From positions 128,001 through 192,000 of the IMG/VR virus record IMGVR_UViG_2061766007_000342: 64,000 nucleotides of DNA. The stretch is one strand, 5' to 3'. The notes under the pieces were generated by a model. The model was not told the origin of the DNA. It saw only the letters and a list, made by a program, of their open reading frames with translations, and made no database searches. Positions 61,799 through 64,000 of this stretch are shown here, in pieces (positions within the stretch are counted from its first letter, which is position 1; each line of letters begins with the position of its first letter). Both the position numbers and the translations under genes were made by a program. Origin of the DNA: a virus. Its lineage: Duplodnaviria > Caudoviricetes.

Positions 61799-62119
61799 AT
61801 GAAATGGTATATTGATGATCACAATAGTGTATCAAGCGATCGTTACATGAGAATGACAAAAGAAGAACATGACAAGATTGATCGTTTGGCACAACAACAG
61901 AAAGAACGTGAAGAAATGGAAATTAAGAATTTTGGTGATAAAATCCGTTGTATGAGTCTTGGTGACTTATTGGTGAAAATTCAAGTTGGTGTAAATAACA
62001 ACAAATGTGTCATGGAATCATTATCAAATGGATTTGTTCGTACGTGTGATAAACCCGATACGGTAAAATGTTCGGAATGTATTTTGCGTTCCATTAACAT
62101 GAAATTACCCGGGGATTAA
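61799..62119 (+). CDS. Hypothetical protein, Cys-containing
   Basis: 106 aa from ATG 61799, AAGGA RBS. Confidence 0.65.
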   Translation: MKWYIDDHNSVSSDRYMRMTKEEHDKIDRLAQQQKEREEMEIKNFGDKIRCMSLGDLLVKIQVGVNNNKCVMESLSNGFVRTCDKPDTVKCSECILRSINMKLPGD

Positions 62120-62147
62120 TTTTTTTTCTATATAGGAGGTATTTTGT

Positions 62148-63095
62148 ATGAATTTGTTTGAATCTATGAAACTGGGACTGGAGACTTGTCCCGACATTGA
62201 TGAAGCAGATCGTAAGATGAACGACATGTATCCGGATCCACAACAATGGGCTGATGCATTCACACAGTATCAGCAACAGCCTCAGTTGTATCCAAACATT
62301 GGTACATTGATCTGTTCACCATATCCGGAAGACAACTGGGGTAATGTCAGTGGCATTATGGCTTCATTTGAAGAAGAGTTACGTTTTCCACAAAAGGATG
62401 ATAAGATTGATCCCAATCGAATCTATACCAGTGATATTGCTGCATTGCGTTCTTTAGCTGCGGATCAGATTCGTGTAAAGAAGTTGTTCGAGAAACGTTT
62501 AACGGAATCTTTGAAAGACAAAGATAAGTATGGGTTAAACGAGAATGACATCATGGCAATGCAAGCATTAACCGCAGCGAATAATGCTGTAACTGCTATT
62601 AACAAAGAACAAATCCAAATTAAGAAGAACATTGCTGACATTCGTTTGAAACAACAGCAACAACGTAATGCTGTTGGTAATGGCGGCAATGCATCAACTG
62701 GTGGAGATACTGGTAGTGGTTATACAAATTCTTCTATGATTGGTCGTCAGATGATGGATTCTATCTTTGAATCTGTCGGAACAACCGTTAGTAGTGGTCC
62801 TGTGAATATTGAATATGATAATGCACGGTCAATGGATATTGATCAAGCTGCGTCTATACTGGACAACTTGATTCCTGCAAACCCATCTTCTACTGCATAT
62901 GAAAATCTGAATCCAACAACATATGTCGTTGTTGATCAAACTGGTTCTCCATTGGGTTATGAGACATATGATGATCGTGGTAATATTATCGAAGATTATG
63001 ATAATCCAACCACTTCCATCAAAGAAGTAGATCCAACATCTATGACTGCGGTTGATGATTGTGAACGTCAGTATCCTGTCAAGTATAAAGGTTGA
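62148..63095 (+). CDS. Hypothetical coiled-coil protein
   Basis: 315 aa, AGGAGG RBS. Confidence 0.75.
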   Translation: MNLFESMKLGLETCPDIDEADRKMNDMYPDPQQWADAFTQYQQQPQLYPNIGTLICSPYPEDNWGNVSGIMASFEEELRFPQKDDKIDPNRIYTSDIAALRSLAADQIRVKKLFEKRLTESLKDKDKYGLNENDIMAMQALTAANNAVTAINKEQIQIKKNIADIRLKQQQQRNAVGNGGNASTGGDTGSGYTNSSMIGRQMMDSIFESVGTTVSSGPVNIEYDNARSMDIDQAASILDNLIPANPSSTAYENLNPTTYVVVDQTGSPLGYETYDDRGNIIEDYDNPTTSIKEVDPTSMTAVDDCERQYPVKYKG

Positions 63096-63146
63096 TGTAA
63101 ATATGAATGATGTGGGGGCAATTGCCCCCACATATAAAAATATTAA

Positions 63147-63161
63147 GACCAAAATATAATT
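63147..63161 (+). promoter_or_regulatory. Late-type promoter motif
   Basis: GACC-AAAATA-TAATT. Confidence 0.55.
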
Positions 63162-63233
63162 GTACCTGGTATTGTTCCGATTCGCAATACCGTAAACAAT
63201 TAACAAATCTAATGTAAAGGAGATTTAAGGAAT

Positions 63234-64000
63234 ATGATTGATCCTAAATACAGTTTGAAGTATTCATTTCCACATAGCGTTGTTCACATCGTGGACAATT
63301 CTATGGTAACTGGTGAAACTGTTGTCCCTCAGGTTCAGGATCCGTCTGTTTACTCCACCATCGTTGTCACTGGACTTCCGATGGGTGAAGATAACAGATT
63401 CATCAGTGTCTCTCGATCTGATGTACTGAACACCGGTTTCGGAATCAATACTTTGACCACAAGTGATATCGTTAAGTATTCCCAGGCGGTTGAATACCCG
63501 ATGGCACTTCTCCAACAGAATGTACCCGTAAAGCTGATGCGTATTACACCGGATGATGCAACCTATGGTATTGCAGTTATCATGGTTCAGTGGAAGAAGC
63601 TTGAAGAGATTCGCAACAACAAGTTTGAAGTTCGCTTCAATGTATTGTCTGAAGATAAGATCAACAGCACACTCACTGATCTGTCTGAGTACAAGAACGT
63701 TGCTCGTCTGAACAAAGCACTTGTCAACAGACTGAACAATGCTGATGATGATTCCGTTTGCGATTTCATTCTGACAATGTCTCAGCCTTCTGATTGGACA
63801 ACCAATTGGAAGACTTATTACAAGTACGACACTGCTCAGAAGAGATATGTATCTCTTGAAAAGACCGATCCGGAGGAAGCACCTGAGTGGGCAGCTAATA
63901 CGTACTATGAGCGTAAGCAGGTTTGGAACCAGGCTGTGTTCATGACTGTAATCTCTGCTGGTCGTGGCTCCGCATATAACCGTATGAAGTTCTTCATCAA
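63234..64000 (+). CDS. Tail sheath protein, partial (runs off the right edge; absent from the ORF track)
   Basis: Manual translation MIDPKYSLKYSFPHSVVHIVDNS...MGEDN...MRITPDDATY...SAGRGSAYN; highly biased codons. Confidence 0.75.
   Translation, partial: MIDPKYSLKYSFPHSVVHIVDNSMVTGETVVPQVQDPSVYSTIVVTGLPMGEDNRFISVSRSDVLNTGFGINTLTTSDIVKYSQAVEYPMALLQQNVPVKLMRITPDDATYGIAVIMVQWKKLEEIRNNKFEVRFNVLSEDKINSTLTDLSEYKNVARLNKALVNRLNNADDDSVCDFILTMSQPSDWTTNWKTYYKYDTAQKRYVSLEKTDPEEAPEWAANTYYERKQVWNQAVFMTVISAGRGSAYNRMKFFI

Noticed and set aside
1-64000. Alternative genetic code (stop-codon reassignment)
   Set aside because: Genes are long and intact under the standard code and end in TAA, TGA or TAG; the helicase break also changes frame, so readthrough cannot explain it

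Overview
This is a segment of an AT-rich jumbo-phage genome, not a bacterial chromosome. It resembles the phiKZ-related / Bacillus AR9-PBS1 group, and strong GGAGG(TG) ribosome-binding sites, a Gram-positive-type holin and a 3D-domain protein point to a Firmicutes host. It encodes two split beta' subunit sets, implying separate virion and non-virion multisubunit RNA polymerases, plus a probable sigma-like specificity subunit. It also encodes a family-B DNA polymerase split over two distant genes, GyrA- and GyrB-like topoisomerase subunits, an SF2 helicase, a DHH phosphoesterase, a BCS1-like AAA+ ATPase, inner-head proteins, a tail-fibre/baseplate cluster and the start of a tail sheath gene. 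Two promoter classes can be read directly from the DNA: an early-type TATATnATTAATATG motif and a late-type nAC-N7-TAA motif. The most unusual features are: (1) an otherwise intact helicase whose Walker A is split by exactly 8 nt starting with a stop codon (possible bypass, micro-intron or error); (2) early-promoter-driven structured RNAs that enclose mini-ORFs, plus stand-alone small transcription units; (3) a GC-rich switchable hairpin cluster and a C-free A-rich tract (origin candidates); (4) identical translation-initiation regions shared by unrelated genes. No tRNA, rRNA, CRISPR array or IS element was recognised. All protein calls come from motif recognition by eye, with no database search.
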